Below, piece by piece: positions 21,801 to 30,466 of a stretch of 64,000 nt of DNA. Below the pieces are notes generated by a model. That model had not been told where the DNA came from. It was given only the letters and a program-made list of their open reading frames with translations, and made no database searches. The first letter of the stretch is position 1. The number at the start of each line of letters is the position of its first letter. The position numbers and the translations under genes are program-made. Source of the stretch: an uncultured Poribacteria bacterium (lineage in GTDB: Bacteria > Poribacteria > WGA-4E > WGA-3G); contig CATQHZ020000001.1 of NCBI GenBank assembly GCA_958296135.2, positions 3,712,001 through 3,776,000 on the forward strand, written 5' to 3'.

Positions 21801-21868
21801 CCTAAACTTAACTCGTGTTGAGGGGGGGGGGTAGTCTTTTTATCATGTTTCGCCATAACATTCATCAT
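15843..21868 (-). CDS. Giant secreted adhesin-like protein (cadherin, FN3 and lamin-tail domains), frameshifted at a poly-C tract in the signal-peptide region
   Basis: 1976-aa ORF 15843..21773 with PDYENP cadherin motifs, LSWTAP..YDVQY FN3 motifs and NEIGN/SEIMVDS..QWIEVYN lamin-tail motifs; AGAGGAGA RBS and ATG at 21868 lie one nt out of frame across C10. Confidence 0.8.
19064..21001 (-). repeat. Three near-identical tandem FN3+cadherin units (642-648 nt)
   Basis: Unit boundaries at about 19064, 19712, 20354 and 21002; near-identical DNA. Confidence 0.9.
21822..21831 (-). repeat. Poly-G10 (C10 on the coding strand) slippage tract
   Basis: Directly visible between the adhesin ATG and its signal peptide. 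Confidence 0.85.
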
Positions 21869-21919
21869 TATCTCCTCTATAAATATTTAGCTTCGGTGAC
21901 GCAGTTTCATCTCTAGGCC

Positions 21920-22390
21920 CTGTAGGAGAGACCTCCTGGTCTCGATGTCCCCGGTAGGAGAGCCCTCCCGCGTCTCAATGTCCCACCGTAGGAGAGACCT
22001 CCCGGTCTCGATGTCCCCGGTAGGAGAGACCTCCCGCGTCTCGATGCAGTAGGAGGGACATCCCTGTCCCGATGCAGTAGGAGGGACATCCCGCGTCTCG
22101 ATGCAGACAGAAACTAGACACCTCAGCGAAGTTAACAAACATAATACCATAAAACGCCGAAAAACGTCAAGTTTTTTTTATAAATCGCCTCGCGCGAACC
22201 GTCAGAAAGCATCGAGACCAGGAGGGCGCGCCTACGGTAGGAGGGACATCCTTGTCCCGATACACAACAAATCGAGACCGGGAGGGCGCGCCTACGGTAG
22301 GAGGGACATCCTTGTCCCGATACACAACAAATCGAGACCGGGAGGGCGCGCCTACCGGGAAAATCGAGACCAGGAGGTCTCTCCTACCGG
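21920..22390. repeat. REP cluster, family A (GTAGGAGAGACCTCCCGGTCTCGATG / GTAGGAGGGACATCCCTGTCCCGAT), downstream of RAYT
   Basis: Many GTAG-headed imperfect palindromes in both orientations, including a ~60-nt tandem unit at 22210-22355. Confidence 0.9.
22141..22170 (-). promoter_or_regulatory. sigma70-type promoter (copy 1) facing the adhesin
   Basis: TTGACG-18 nt-TATTAT with TG extension, inside the 127-bp repeat 22099-22225. Confidence 0.6.
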
Positions 22391-22396
22391 GCAATG

Positions 22397-22870
22397 TCAG
22401 TCCATCTTGAATTTGCATTGCCAATACGGATAATCCTTTGCTTCTTGGACGAGCCCGCGTCGCACTGGGTTCTCGTAACAGTAGCGGATAATGGCGTTCA
22501 ACGATGCGTCCCGGCGAATGCCATGGTCATAATAGGTTTCTTGCCAAAGAGAACCGCGTCTACCTAACAGCGCGTTAATCTGCTTCGCCGTAAAATTCTG
22601 CAAGGATTTCATGACGTTTGATAAAGTCTGTTTATGTCCTAGTTGAATCACGGCGTGAACATGGTCTGGCATCACCATGATGCAGTGCCATGTTAACCGT
22701 TCGTCAGTTTCTAGCCAATCAAAGCATTGAAAAATAATGTTTGCAACGTCAGCATTAGCAAGAATCGGTTTTCTGTTCAACGTTGCGAACGTGAGAGCAT
22801 AGTATGTTCCCGGTATAGAGCGTCTACCTTTTCGCAATTGCCGATATCCTCGGCGCGGTGTTTCATTCAT
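22397..22870 (-). CDS. rayT: REP-associated tyrosine transposase (RAYT/TnpA-REP)
   Basis: YYALTFAT, HUH motif MPDHVH, LWQETYYDHGIR, Y1 motif YCYENPVRRGL; flanked by REP arrays. Confidence 0.92.
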   Translation of the reverse strand: MNETPRRGYRQLRKGRRSIPGTYYALTFATLNRKPILANADVANIIFQCFDWLETDERLTWHCIMVMPDHVHAVIQLGHKQTLSNVMKSLQNFTAKQINALLGRRGSLWQETYYDHGIRRDASLNAIIRYCYENPVRRGLVQEAKDYPYWQCKFKMD

Positions 22871-22879
22871 AGCCTTTCC

Positions 22880-23300
22880 CTTAGTAGGCGCGCCCCCGGT
22901 TAGTAAGCACCCCCATCCGGTCTCGATGCAGGAAGCGGCACATCCCGGGCCCGACCTGTCCCGATGCAGGAGGCGGCACATCCTCGTCCCGATGCAGGAG
23001 GAGAGCCCTCCCGCGTCTCGATGTCCCCGGTAGGAGAGACCTCCCGCGTCTCGATGTCCCACCGTAGGAGGGACATCCCGGTCTCGATGTCCCACCGTAG
23101 GAGGGACATCCCGGTCTCGATGCAGGAGGGACATCCCTGTCCCGATGCAGACAGAAACTAGACACCTCAGCGAAGTTAACAAACATAATACCATAAAACG
23201 CCGAAAAATGTCAAGTTTTTTTCATAAATCGCCTCGCGCGAACCGTAGGAAAGCATCGAGACCAGGAGGTCTCTCCTACCGGGGAAATTGAGACGCGGGA
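22880..23300. repeat. REP cluster, family A, upstream of RAYT
   Basis: Tandem GTAGGAG.GAC.TCCC..TC.CGATG units. Confidence 0.9.
23185..23214 (-). promoter_or_regulatory. sigma70-type promoter (copy 2) facing rayT
   Basis: TTGACA-18 nt-TATTAT inside the 127-bp repeat 23143-23269. Confidence 0.65.
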
Positions 23301-23302
23301 AC

Positions 23303-23758
23303 TCATCTATCCGCCGGTGCCGCCAACTTCTCGGAACGCCGCATCCATTCCTCAATGATAATGTCGGTGCGTTCTAACAACCGACCAATCGTGCGTTGCA
23401 CGTAATAGAGAAACCCGATGATGGCCATCAAGACACCGATAGTGACCCCTATCCACCAGCGCAAGGTTGCGCGCAATTCCTGGATGTCGGTTGTCACCTG
23501 CTTATCCCGCATCTCCTGCTCGCGCCGAAGGGAGCGGATTTCAGTCATCATTTCGTTCCTGAGGGAGCGGATTTCGGCCGCCGTCGCCTTCTCTGATGCC
23601 TCTAGTTTCGTATTCACGTAGGCCTTGAGTTGTTCTGTCTGTTTCTCGTTAGCAGTAGAGACAATCCGCTCCACGGCCTGCAGGTCTGCAGCAGTAAGCG
23701 CGCCAAACACCGGCACAGCCAAAGCAAACGCGAAAAACATAAACACAAGCACTCTCAT
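23303..23758 (-). CDS. Hypothetical protein: signal peptide, coiled coil, C-terminal TM helix
   Basis: AAGGAGG RBS; MRVLVFMFFAFALAVPVFG; heptad repeats; WWIGVTIGVLMAIIGFLYY. Confidence 0.7.
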   Translation of the reverse strand: MRVLVFMFFAFALAVPVFGALTAADLQAVERIVSTANEKQTEQLKAYVNTKLEASEKATAAEIRSLRNEMMTEIRSLRREQEMRDKQVTTDIQELRATLRWWIGVTIGVLMAIIGFLYYVQRTIGRLLERTDIIIEEWMRRSEKLAAPADR

Positions 23759-23849
23759 GTTAAAATCCTCCTTGACTTCAGCGCGCAAGAAACGCGCGCG
23801 CAAGCGGCTGTAGGGAAACCAACCCGCCTGAAGCGGACAGGCCCCCGCA

Positions 23850-24221
23850 CTACGGAACGCGGCTTGCTGTCTTCACAGGAAAACGATAATAGCCAAGAAA
23901 CGCAATATCCCGCAACCCCCGGAAAAGCAACCGGCGCACCCCGAAACGGCTCGCCGCCCATGTCTCAATATATCGTTCGGCATCGCGAGAAGCCAGACGC
24001 GTGAAACGGCGCGGCTTCCCGATAAAAAGAAGCGGACCCCACTCAAACAGAAACAGCCCGAAACGAACCTGCACTTGCAACGTCTTCGGCAGCTGCATCA
24101 CGAACGCGTCCATTACTTCAAGCGGTTCATCTAATGCCGTATCGCGCGCAACACCTACCATCTCGGCGCACACGGATTTCAAAATGCGGCGCTCAGTTGG
24201 ACGAAAAAAGTAGGTTTTCAT
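23850..24221 (-). CDS. Hypothetical protein (gluconate 2-dehydrogenase subunit 3-like)
   Basis: RFTRL...YIETW..S...RRLLFRGLR.IAFLGYY pattern. Confidence 0.55.
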   Translation of the reverse strand: MKTYFFRPTERRILKSVCAEMVGVARDTALDEPLEVMDAFVMQLPKTLQVQVRFGLFLFEWGPLLFIGKPRRFTRLASRDAERYIETWAASRFGVRRLLFRGLRDIAFLGYYRFPVKTASRVP

Positions 24222-24224
24222 ACG

Positions 24225-25223
24225 TTACGACAAATAGGCTCGGCAGAACTCGCGCGCTTCCCGCACCGCCTCCGCTTCACCGTGTTGAATGTCTAACACC
24301 TTGACGACATCCCCCGGCACCCGCGCGAACACCGCATCCCAATCCAAATCCCCGCTCCCCGGCGGATGATACGCCGCAAGTCCCTGCAAGTCATGCAGGT
24401 TCACCCCGATGAGGTGTTCCGCGTATGCCTCCAGCCACGTATGTGCGCGGCACAAACCGAGGCACTCCTGTAGCGCGGCGTGCGCCACATCGTGCCAATA
24501 GCGCATCGGACTGCCGTAGAATTCCTCAAAGAATAGGCCGACTTCGTCAAAATTCGGCAATTGATAATAGCGCGGACGATTTTCAATGGCAAGGTAGAGG
24601 TGCATCCGCAAGGCGCGTTCATTCAATGCGTCTAGGCTTCGGAGGACAGCATCGCGATGCTCCGCCTCCTTGCGCTTTCGCCACTCCGTCGCCTCGGTTA
24701 CCTTTTCGCGGAACGCCTCAAACTCGCGTTCGCCGCGATTGTAAAGAGCTGTCAGCAGATACGTCCTGTCGTAGGTATCCACTTCGCCGAGGTGCAGCAC
24801 GACTACCGGCACCTCCAATTCAACGGCGAGTTCCATCGTTCGCACGGTGCGGCGAACTGCCTCCTGCCGTTCATCGGTGTTAAGGCTAGCGAGTTGAACC
24901 GGGGAGGTCTCGCCGCTGCCCGCAGCGCGAGCGCCTGTCCCTCGCGAGGCCGCTCCCACCACCGTAGCGCGAGGGCCTGTCCCTCGCGAGGCCGCTCCCA
25001 CCACCGTAGCGCGAGGGCCTGTCCCTCGCGATGGATTCGGACAACAACTATGGATAGAACAAGGCGGCTTTTCGCGGAGCAGCGGCTTGAGCTGCTCAAC
25101 CTGCTCATGCGTCAGGTGCCGGCTGAGTCCGAGCGTATCAAAGCCGAGTTCCTTCAGCTCGTCAAACAGTGCCGCGCCATCGGGTTGTTTTAAAGCGTTC
25201 CAGCGTGTTGAAATGGCTAACAT
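24225..25223 (-). CDS. Sugar-phosphate isomerase/epimerase TIM-barrel protein containing three in-frame REP inserts
   Basis: VVLHLG, AIENR, YWHDVAH, NLHD, HPPGSGDLDW motifs; repeated SRGTGPRATVVGAA insert. Confidence 0.8.
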   Translation of the reverse strand: MLAISTRWNALKQPDGAALFDELKELGFDTLGLSRHLTHEQVEQLKPLLREKPPCSIHSCCPNPSRGTGPRATVVGAASRGTGPRATVVGAASRGTGARAAGSGETSPVQLASLNTDERQEAVRRTVRTMELAVELEVPVVVLHLGEVDTYDRTYLLTALYNRGEREFEAFREKVTEATEWRKRKEAEHRDAVLRSLDALNERALRMHLYLAIENRPRYYQLPNFDEVGLFFEEFYGSPMRYWHDVAHAALQECLGLCRAHTWLEAYAEHLIGVNLHDLQGLAAYHPPGSGDLDWDAVFARVPGDVVKVLDIQHGEAEAVREAREFCRAYLS

Positions 25224-25230
25224 GTTTTTA

Positions 25231-25836
25231 TCAAGCCGTCACGTTGACTTTTCGCCCCTCAATTTTCAGTTTTCCCTGCGCGTACCACTTAATCACCCGC
25301 GGATAGAGCTGATGCTCTTCAATTTGGATGCGCGCATGCAAGCTCGCCTCATCGTCCGTATCCAACACGGGCACCGCTGTCTGCGCGATAATCGGCCCGG
25401 AATCGACACCCTCATCGACGAAATGCACAGTAACTCCCGTGACTTTCACGCCATACGCCAACGTATCGGCGACAGGATGCGCGCCCGGAAAAGCAGGCAG
25501 CAGTGTCGGATGCACGTTGAGGATACGATTCCGATATTTGCGGACAAATGGCGGTTGAAATAGTTTCATAAACCCCGCGAGGACTATCAATTCCGCGCCT
25601 GCCTGCTCGATTTCACGTGAAATTGCCGCATCAAAATCGACGCGGCTCTTAAAATCTTGGGTTTTGACAACGCGCGTTGGGATGCCGGCACGTTCTGCGC
25701 GCGTGAGCGCGTAAACCCCCGGCCTATCGCTTATCACAACAGCGATGGCGATGCCGCCGCCCGGGTCTTGATGGAGTTGCTCTATCAGGGTTTGCAAGTT
25801 AGTCCCGCTCCCTGAGACGAGGACAGCTATCTTCAA
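25231..25836 (-). CDS. purN: Phosphoribosylglycinamide formyltransferase
   Basis: IAVLVSGSGTNLQ, LAGFMKL, NVHPTLLPAFPG, GVTVHFVDEGVDSGPII motifs. Confidence 0.96.
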   Translation of the reverse strand: MKIAVLVSGSGTNLQTLIEQLHQDPGGGIAIAVVISDRPGVYALTRAERAGIPTRVVKTQDFKSRVDFDAAISREIEQAGAELIVLAGFMKLFQPPFVRKYRNRILNVHPTLLPAFPGAHPVADTLAYGVKVTGVTVHFVDEGVDSGPIIAQTAVPVLDTDDEASLHARIQIEEHQLYPRVIKWYAQGKLKIEGRKVNVTA

Positions 25837-25892
25837 TTTCTGTTCCTTGTGTCTAATTGACAGGCGCGCTTTGAAAGCGCGCCTAAAACCTG

Positions 25893-27671
25893 TTACCAAT
25901 ACGAATTATTCGTCGTATGCCCCTCTGGGATAGGCACCCATACGCCGCCCGTTTCCGCCGCTACCTGCTGCTGGAAATCGTCAAAAGTGCCGACAACGCT
26001 GACGCGGGCATGCTTTTGCTGAAGGAGTTGAATCGTGGCTGCCGCCGAGTATTCGCCTTTTGCCGGTTCATCAGTAATCAAGATGAGATAGGGCTGTGCA
26101 TTTGGCCTGAACTTAATCCGCCGCAAGCCTTCCGCCACAGCGTCTAACAACATCTCATTCTCTTGGCACGGCAACTCGGCGATTTTGCGAACCTGCTCAA
26201 GCGTTTGCGGTGGATTGAAAACGTTCACCATGTTGACAGACGCACGCGTCCGAAACCGCACCACCCCGAGCTCGTAGTCAATCAGCGCGTTATCCCAATC
26301 CCGGACGAGAAGTTCAAACTGCTTCAAAAAGTGCGGCAGTTTGTCCTCCATGCTTTTGCTACTGTCAATAAACAAGATAATATCCAGGGGTGTGTTCGCT
26401 CCCTGTCCGGAGGCGTAGTTTGTCAGCGCGCCGCCAATTTTCCCGACATCTGCCCATTGTGCCTTGCGCAGCGTTTGCGTTTTAGAACGGGTAACTCCCG
26501 GCGCGTGCGGCTTCGGCATCGCGTGCGGCTTCGGCGCGTCTTGAGGAATACCGTGCCACTTGCCCCCGGTCTCGGCCGCCAACTGCTGATGGCCATCATC
26601 ATGGAGGCCAATCACATTGACAGCAATGCCGAATTCGCGGCAGTATGCGATAGCATCCCCTACCGTTATTTCCTCTATGCTGGTGAAAGGTTCGTCAGTG
26701 ACAAGAATAAAATGCCTTTTGGAGGTAGCCCGAAATCGGAGTGTTTTCACCGTCTGCACGATGGCATCCAGCGCGTTCTCATCTTGTTGCGGGATTATCG
26801 CGCGGATAGCGCGCTTGTATTCCGCCAGACTCTTCGTCAACGGAAGCACTTTAATGATGTTCTTCCCCCGGTCTGGATGCATCCAGAATTGCGTCAATCC
26901 GAGGGCGTAATTTATGCTCGCCGCGCTATATACGTCTATCATCTCCATCAGATGCTCCGCGACAGCGTTGATATTATCGCCCATGCTACCGCTCGCATCG
27001 ATGAGAAAGACGACATCAACCGGGCCACCATCGCTCGTCTCAACAATTTCCTGCGCGAGCCCTTTCATCAATTGACGAAACTGCGTTCGATTGACAAGCG
27101 TCTGATGTTTCGGCGTGTCTTTGGAAGCGAAGACTTCCTCGTTATCCGTCCCCGCCGTAACGTTAAGCAACGAGGAGGTAATTTTCGGCGCACGCACGCG
27201 CTGATGACTCAACACGCCGCTTCGTTTTGTCCCGTAGCTGCTGCCGCCTAGCACACCAGCCGCCTCTGTCGTCGGCAGCTCGCGCGCAACATTTTGTAAG
27301 GCACGAGAGGCGGTGCTGACATCCGGTGTCACTCCCGGTGATACCAGCTCCTGCCTCAGACGCGGCTGCGTGGTTTCGACAGGGCGCGTCGAGACGAAAC
27401 GCTGCTGAAACCCGACATCCGGCGCAATGGATGCCACCTTTGCGACAGAGACAGCTTCCGTGTCTCGCAGCGGCTCACGAAAGGCAGGCGCGTGCTTTTT
27501 CAGCGGCACCTTGGGTTGAAGTGGTTTGGACACCGGCATCAACTCCGCCTCAATACTTCCCTTTACCGACGACAGCGGCTCATTTTGCACCACGACGTAG
27601 AACGCCGCCACGAAAAGGCACAAGTGGAGGAGCAGAGAGATGAACAAGGCACGACGCGTCGCAGACTTCAT
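25893..27671 (-). CDS. Membrane-anchored protein with two VWA domains
   Basis: N-terminal TM (SLLLHL); two MIDAS motifs DASGSM and DSSKSM; ILVTDE/ILITDE. Confidence 0.85.
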   Translation of the reverse strand: MKSATRRALFISLLLHLCLFVAAFYVVVQNEPLSSVKGSIEAELMPVSKPLQPKVPLKKHAPAFREPLRDTEAVSVAKVASIAPDVGFQQRFVSTRPVETTQPRLRQELVSPGVTPDVSTASRALQNVARELPTTEAAGVLGGSSYGTKRSGVLSHQRVRAPKITSSLLNVTAGTDNEEVFASKDTPKHQTLVNRTQFRQLMKGLAQEIVETSDGGPVDVVFLIDASGSMGDNINAVAEHLMEMIDVYSAASINYALGLTQFWMHPDRGKNIIKVLPLTKSLAEYKRAIRAIIPQQDENALDAIVQTVKTLRFRATSKRHFILVTDEPFTSIEEITVGDAIAYCREFGIAVNVIGLHDDGHQQLAAETGGKWHGIPQDAPKPHAMPKPHAPGVTRSKTQTLRKAQWADVGKIGGALTNYASGQGANTPLDIILFIDSSKSMEDKLPHFLKQFELLVRDWDNALIDYELGVVRFRTRASVNMVNVFNPPQTLEQVRKIAELPCQENEMLLDAVAEGLRRIKFRPNAQPYLILITDEPAKGEYSAAATIQLLQQKHARVSVVGTFDDFQQQVAAETGGVWVPIPEGHTTNNSYW

Positions 27672-27703
27672 AGAGGTTCCCTCGCGCTACGGGCAGTAGA
27701 ATT

Positions 27704-28297
27704 CTATCGCAATTGAGGGACTTTCAACGAACGCTTCGGTTGCTCGTCCCGAATTACCTCAAAAGAGATGAGTTTTTCAGTAGTATCAAGTCGCGCTTGC
27801 GCGGGGCTGTCAAACCGCTCGCCAGACGGCGCGTAAAGCGTCACCCCTACCATCGTGAAAACGGCGAAGCATAACGCAAATGTGTAAACCGAGATGTGCG
27901 TCCAAACGTGATGCCGCGCCCACCCAAGCGAAGCCTCAATGAACTGGCCAACACGATGGAAAATCGAACGGTGCTGCCGCTGATGTTGATGCATCTCCGC
28001 CGCTCGCGTTATCACGGTAGCGGCGAAATCATCGGAGGCTGGCAGAGGAGCCTCCGCACGGAGAAACCGGTCTGTCTGTTCAAGCCGCCGCACATGAAAC
28101 GCGCAATTTGGACACCGTTTCAGGTGCTGTCTGATGAGCAGCCGTTTCCACGCCGGCAGCTCCTTGTCAATATAGGCCGAAAAGTGCGTGTGAAGTTCTT
28201 CACAGTGCCTCGCCGAGGAGACATCCCAATCGCTATGCCCCGGACCGAGCTCCCAACTGCGACGATGTGAAGGCTTTCTCTCATTTTTCATCGACAT
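27704..28297 (-). CDS. Zinc-finger (HC2) anti-sigma factor
   Basis: CEEL...SAYIDKEL...HLKRCPNC followed by a TM helix; directly after an ECF sigma. Confidence 0.85.
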   Translation of the reverse strand: MSMKNERKPSHRRSWELGPGHSDWDVSSARHCEELHTHFSAYIDKELPAWKRLLIRQHLKRCPNCAFHVRRLEQTDRFLRAEAPLPASDDFAATVITRAAEMHQHQRQHRSIFHRVGQFIEASLGWARHHVWTHISVYTFALCFAVFTMVGVTLYAPSGERFDSPAQARLDTTEKLISFEVIRDEQPKRSLKVPQLR

Positions 28298-28877
28298 TCT
28301 CCCCCAATCCTGCCTTGATGAGCAGCTTTTTCATGCGCTGGCGTGCGCGGTGAATTAACGCTTTCACAGCTCCCTCGGAGACACCCAGAATGTCAGCCAC
28401 CTCTTCATAGCGCAACTCCTGATATGTGACGAGCGTGAGTGCCAAACGTTGATTCTCCGGCAGCTGCGCGAGGGCTTTGCGGACAAGCTGCTTCCGTTCG
28501 TTTTTCTCCGCAAGCACGTCTGGCAGATAGCGCGTATCCTGCATCATGCTTGTCTCGTGGATATCCGCGCCTTCTTCCACGAGTTCCTCAAAGGAATAGG
28601 TATTTCGCCGCGTCCGATTCCGCACCTCGTTTCGGGACAAGTTGGTAGCGATGGTATACATCCAACTTTTGAAGGAGGCAGTCGGCTGATAACGGCTTGC
28701 GTTTTGGAAAATGCGGAGAAACGTATCCTGAGCCAGGTCTTCAGCACGGTGATAGTCGTTGATGAGGCGATGAATGTAGTTAATCAGCGGTTCCTGATGC
28801 CGCCGGACAAGCAATTCAAACGCGCTCATATCGCCCTTCCCGCTTTGCATGATCAAATCTTCGTCTGAAACAAACAT
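28281..28877 (-). CDS. ECF RNA polymerase sigma factor
   Basis: AEDLAQDTF, FKSWMYTIATN, region 4 YEEVADILGVSEGAVKALIHRAR. Confidence 0.93.
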   Translation of the reverse strand: MFVSDEDLIMQSGKGDMSAFELLVRRHQEPLINYIHRLINDYHRAEDLAQDTFLRIFQNASRYQPTASFKSWMYTIATNLSRNEVRNRTRRNTYSFEELVEEGADIHETSMMQDTRYLPDVLAEKNERKQLVRKALAQLPENQRLALTLVTYQELRYEEVADILGVSEGAVKALIHRARQRMKKLLIKAGLGENVDEK

Positions 28878-28951
28878 CTTGTATCACCCAAAGGGAGTTT
28901 CAACCCCCTGATATAGCCGACAAGAAGAAATAAATCTCGTTGAAGCAGTGT

Positions 28952-29491
28952 TCAAGCTATTGCGAGTTTGAGTTTGAGGCGCAGTGCTGTTTTATAGGCA
29001 GCCACCGCTTCTTCCCGCTTGCCTTGAAACGTATAAACCGTCCCAAGTTCCGAGTGCAATTCGGCGTGATTCGGGATAAAACGGATAGCGCGTTCGTAAA
29101 CCTCAACTGCCTCATCGTAACGCTTCAGCAGCCGATAAGTAGCGGCGAGATTGAGATGCGCCGCTGCTTCCCTGGGTTCGCACGAAATCGCCTTTTTGTA
29201 GGCATCGATAGCTGGCTCATACTCACCAAGCATAAAACGCGCCAACCCAAGGTGGAAATGCGCCTCTGCAGATTCGCGGTTGTGTTGTAGCACCGCCTGA
29301 AATTCCGCAATCGCCGCCGAATATTCCCGCGCGTTCAACGCCGCCGCGCCCCGTTTCAGGTGCTTCGCAACGGTTTGATGCGTGTGAATATCGACGCGGC
29401 CGCGCTGAACGTGGTCTGCTTGTCTCCGGTTTTCGGTAACGCCTGACGTATCGCTTGGGGTTAAGGAGCGGTTCTCATTCGGCTTATCCAT
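28952..29491 (-). CDS. Tetratricopeptide repeat protein
   Basis: Repeated AHFHLGLA/AHLNLAAT/LHSELGTV..A..Y..A TPR motifs. Confidence 0.88.
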   Translation of the reverse strand: MDKPNENRSLTPSDTSGVTENRRQADHVQRGRVDIHTHQTVAKHLKRGAAALNAREYSAAIAEFQAVLQHNRESAEAHFHLGLARFMLGEYEPAIDAYKKAISCEPREAAAHLNLAATYRLLKRYDEAVEVYERAIRFIPNHAELHSELGTVYTFQGKREEAVAAYKTALRLKLKLAIA

Positions 29492-29492
29492 A

Positions 29493-30407
29493 TCACTGCC
29501 TATCTATATCGCGCGCGATGCGGAATCCGATGACGAATTCGGCATACCCATCGCTAAAAAAATCGTAACTCGTGCAAGTGCTGTAGTCATGATTGTAATA
29601 CCACGCGCCGCCGCAAGCAACACGGAAATTGCCCGCATCGTCATAAGGCGTGCCGGTCCACTCCCACACATTTCCCACCATATCGTAGCAACCGAAGGGA
29701 CTCACGCCATCAAGGAAAGTGCCGACCGGCGTTGTGCCATCCGCGCCAAGTTCAGCGGTATTGCACCGCGGCCTGTCAATTTCATCACCCCACGGAAAGA
29801 GCCTCGCCTCGGCACCGCGCGCGGCGTATTGCCACTCTGGAAACGTCGGCAATCTGCCATCGACGTAGTCGGCATACGCCGCTGCATCCTCGCAGGTAAC
29901 CCAGACGACAGGATGGTCTGCCCTGTTTTCAGGATAGGTCCCGTTTGTCCAATCCTGTGGCGGCTCGCGTCCCGTGTCCATAACGAACCGATGATATTGC
30001 GCGTTGGTGACAGGGTAGACACCCATCTCATAACTATCAATTTCCAGTGGCGCGGTGTCTTCGCCGATAAGCGCAGTGCCTGCAGGAATGCACACGGTTG
30101 CATCGAGAACCTGCAGGGCGGCATCGCGAACTTGCGCGTCTGGATGTGCTAGCGCGCATCCTAACGGTGAAATGAGCTCGCCAACCGGCGGCACTAAGTT
30201 CGGCGGTAGCTGCTCCCAACCAAGTTCAGCACTTAACAGCAGCCGTGCTGCATCGCTGAGGGCATCGTTGAAGTGCCAGGGCCAATAATCTCGGAGGAGT
30301 TGCTGGAACGCCCCCGGGGCATCGCTGTCAATCAGTGCAATGCGGGTTTCCTTCGGCCGTGTGATATTGAGGATGTTCCGCGGTGGACTGCTGTTCATAA
30401 TATGCAC
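29493..30407 (-). CDS. FGE-sulfatase (SUMF1-like) domain protein
   Basis: YPVTNAQY, HPVVWV, RLPTFPEW, YDMVGNVWEW, IGFRI motifs. Confidence 0.88.
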   Translation of the reverse strand: MHIMNSSPPRNILNITRPKETRIALIDSDAPGAFQQLLRDYWPWHFNDALSDAARLLLSAELGWEQLPPNLVPPVGELISPLGCALAHPDAQVRDAALQVLDATVCIPAGTALIGEDTAPLEIDSYEMGVYPVTNAQYHRFVMDTGREPPQDWTNGTYPENRADHPVVWVTCEDAAAYADYVDGRLPTFPEWQYAARGAEARLFPWGDEIDRPRCNTAELGADGTTPVGTFLDGVSPFGCYDMVGNVWEWTGTPYDDAGNFRVACGGAWYYNHDYSTCTSYDFFSDGYAEFVIGFRIARDIDRQ

Positions 30408-30466
30408 GCGCTAAGGCCCCAGTGGAATTCTCAAGAGCTGCCTAATTTTTTGCAAAACCTCTGTTC

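Noticed and set aside
22871-23194. N-terminal extension of the 265-aa RAYT ORF
   Set aside because: It is translated REP sequence; ATG 22870 has a purine-rich RBS and gives a typical RAYT length.
21920-23300. Leader-like AT-rich segment plus repeat arrays resembling a CRISPR locus
   Set aside because: No unique spacers of constant length, degenerate repeats in both orientations, no cas genes; the adjacent gene is a RAYT.
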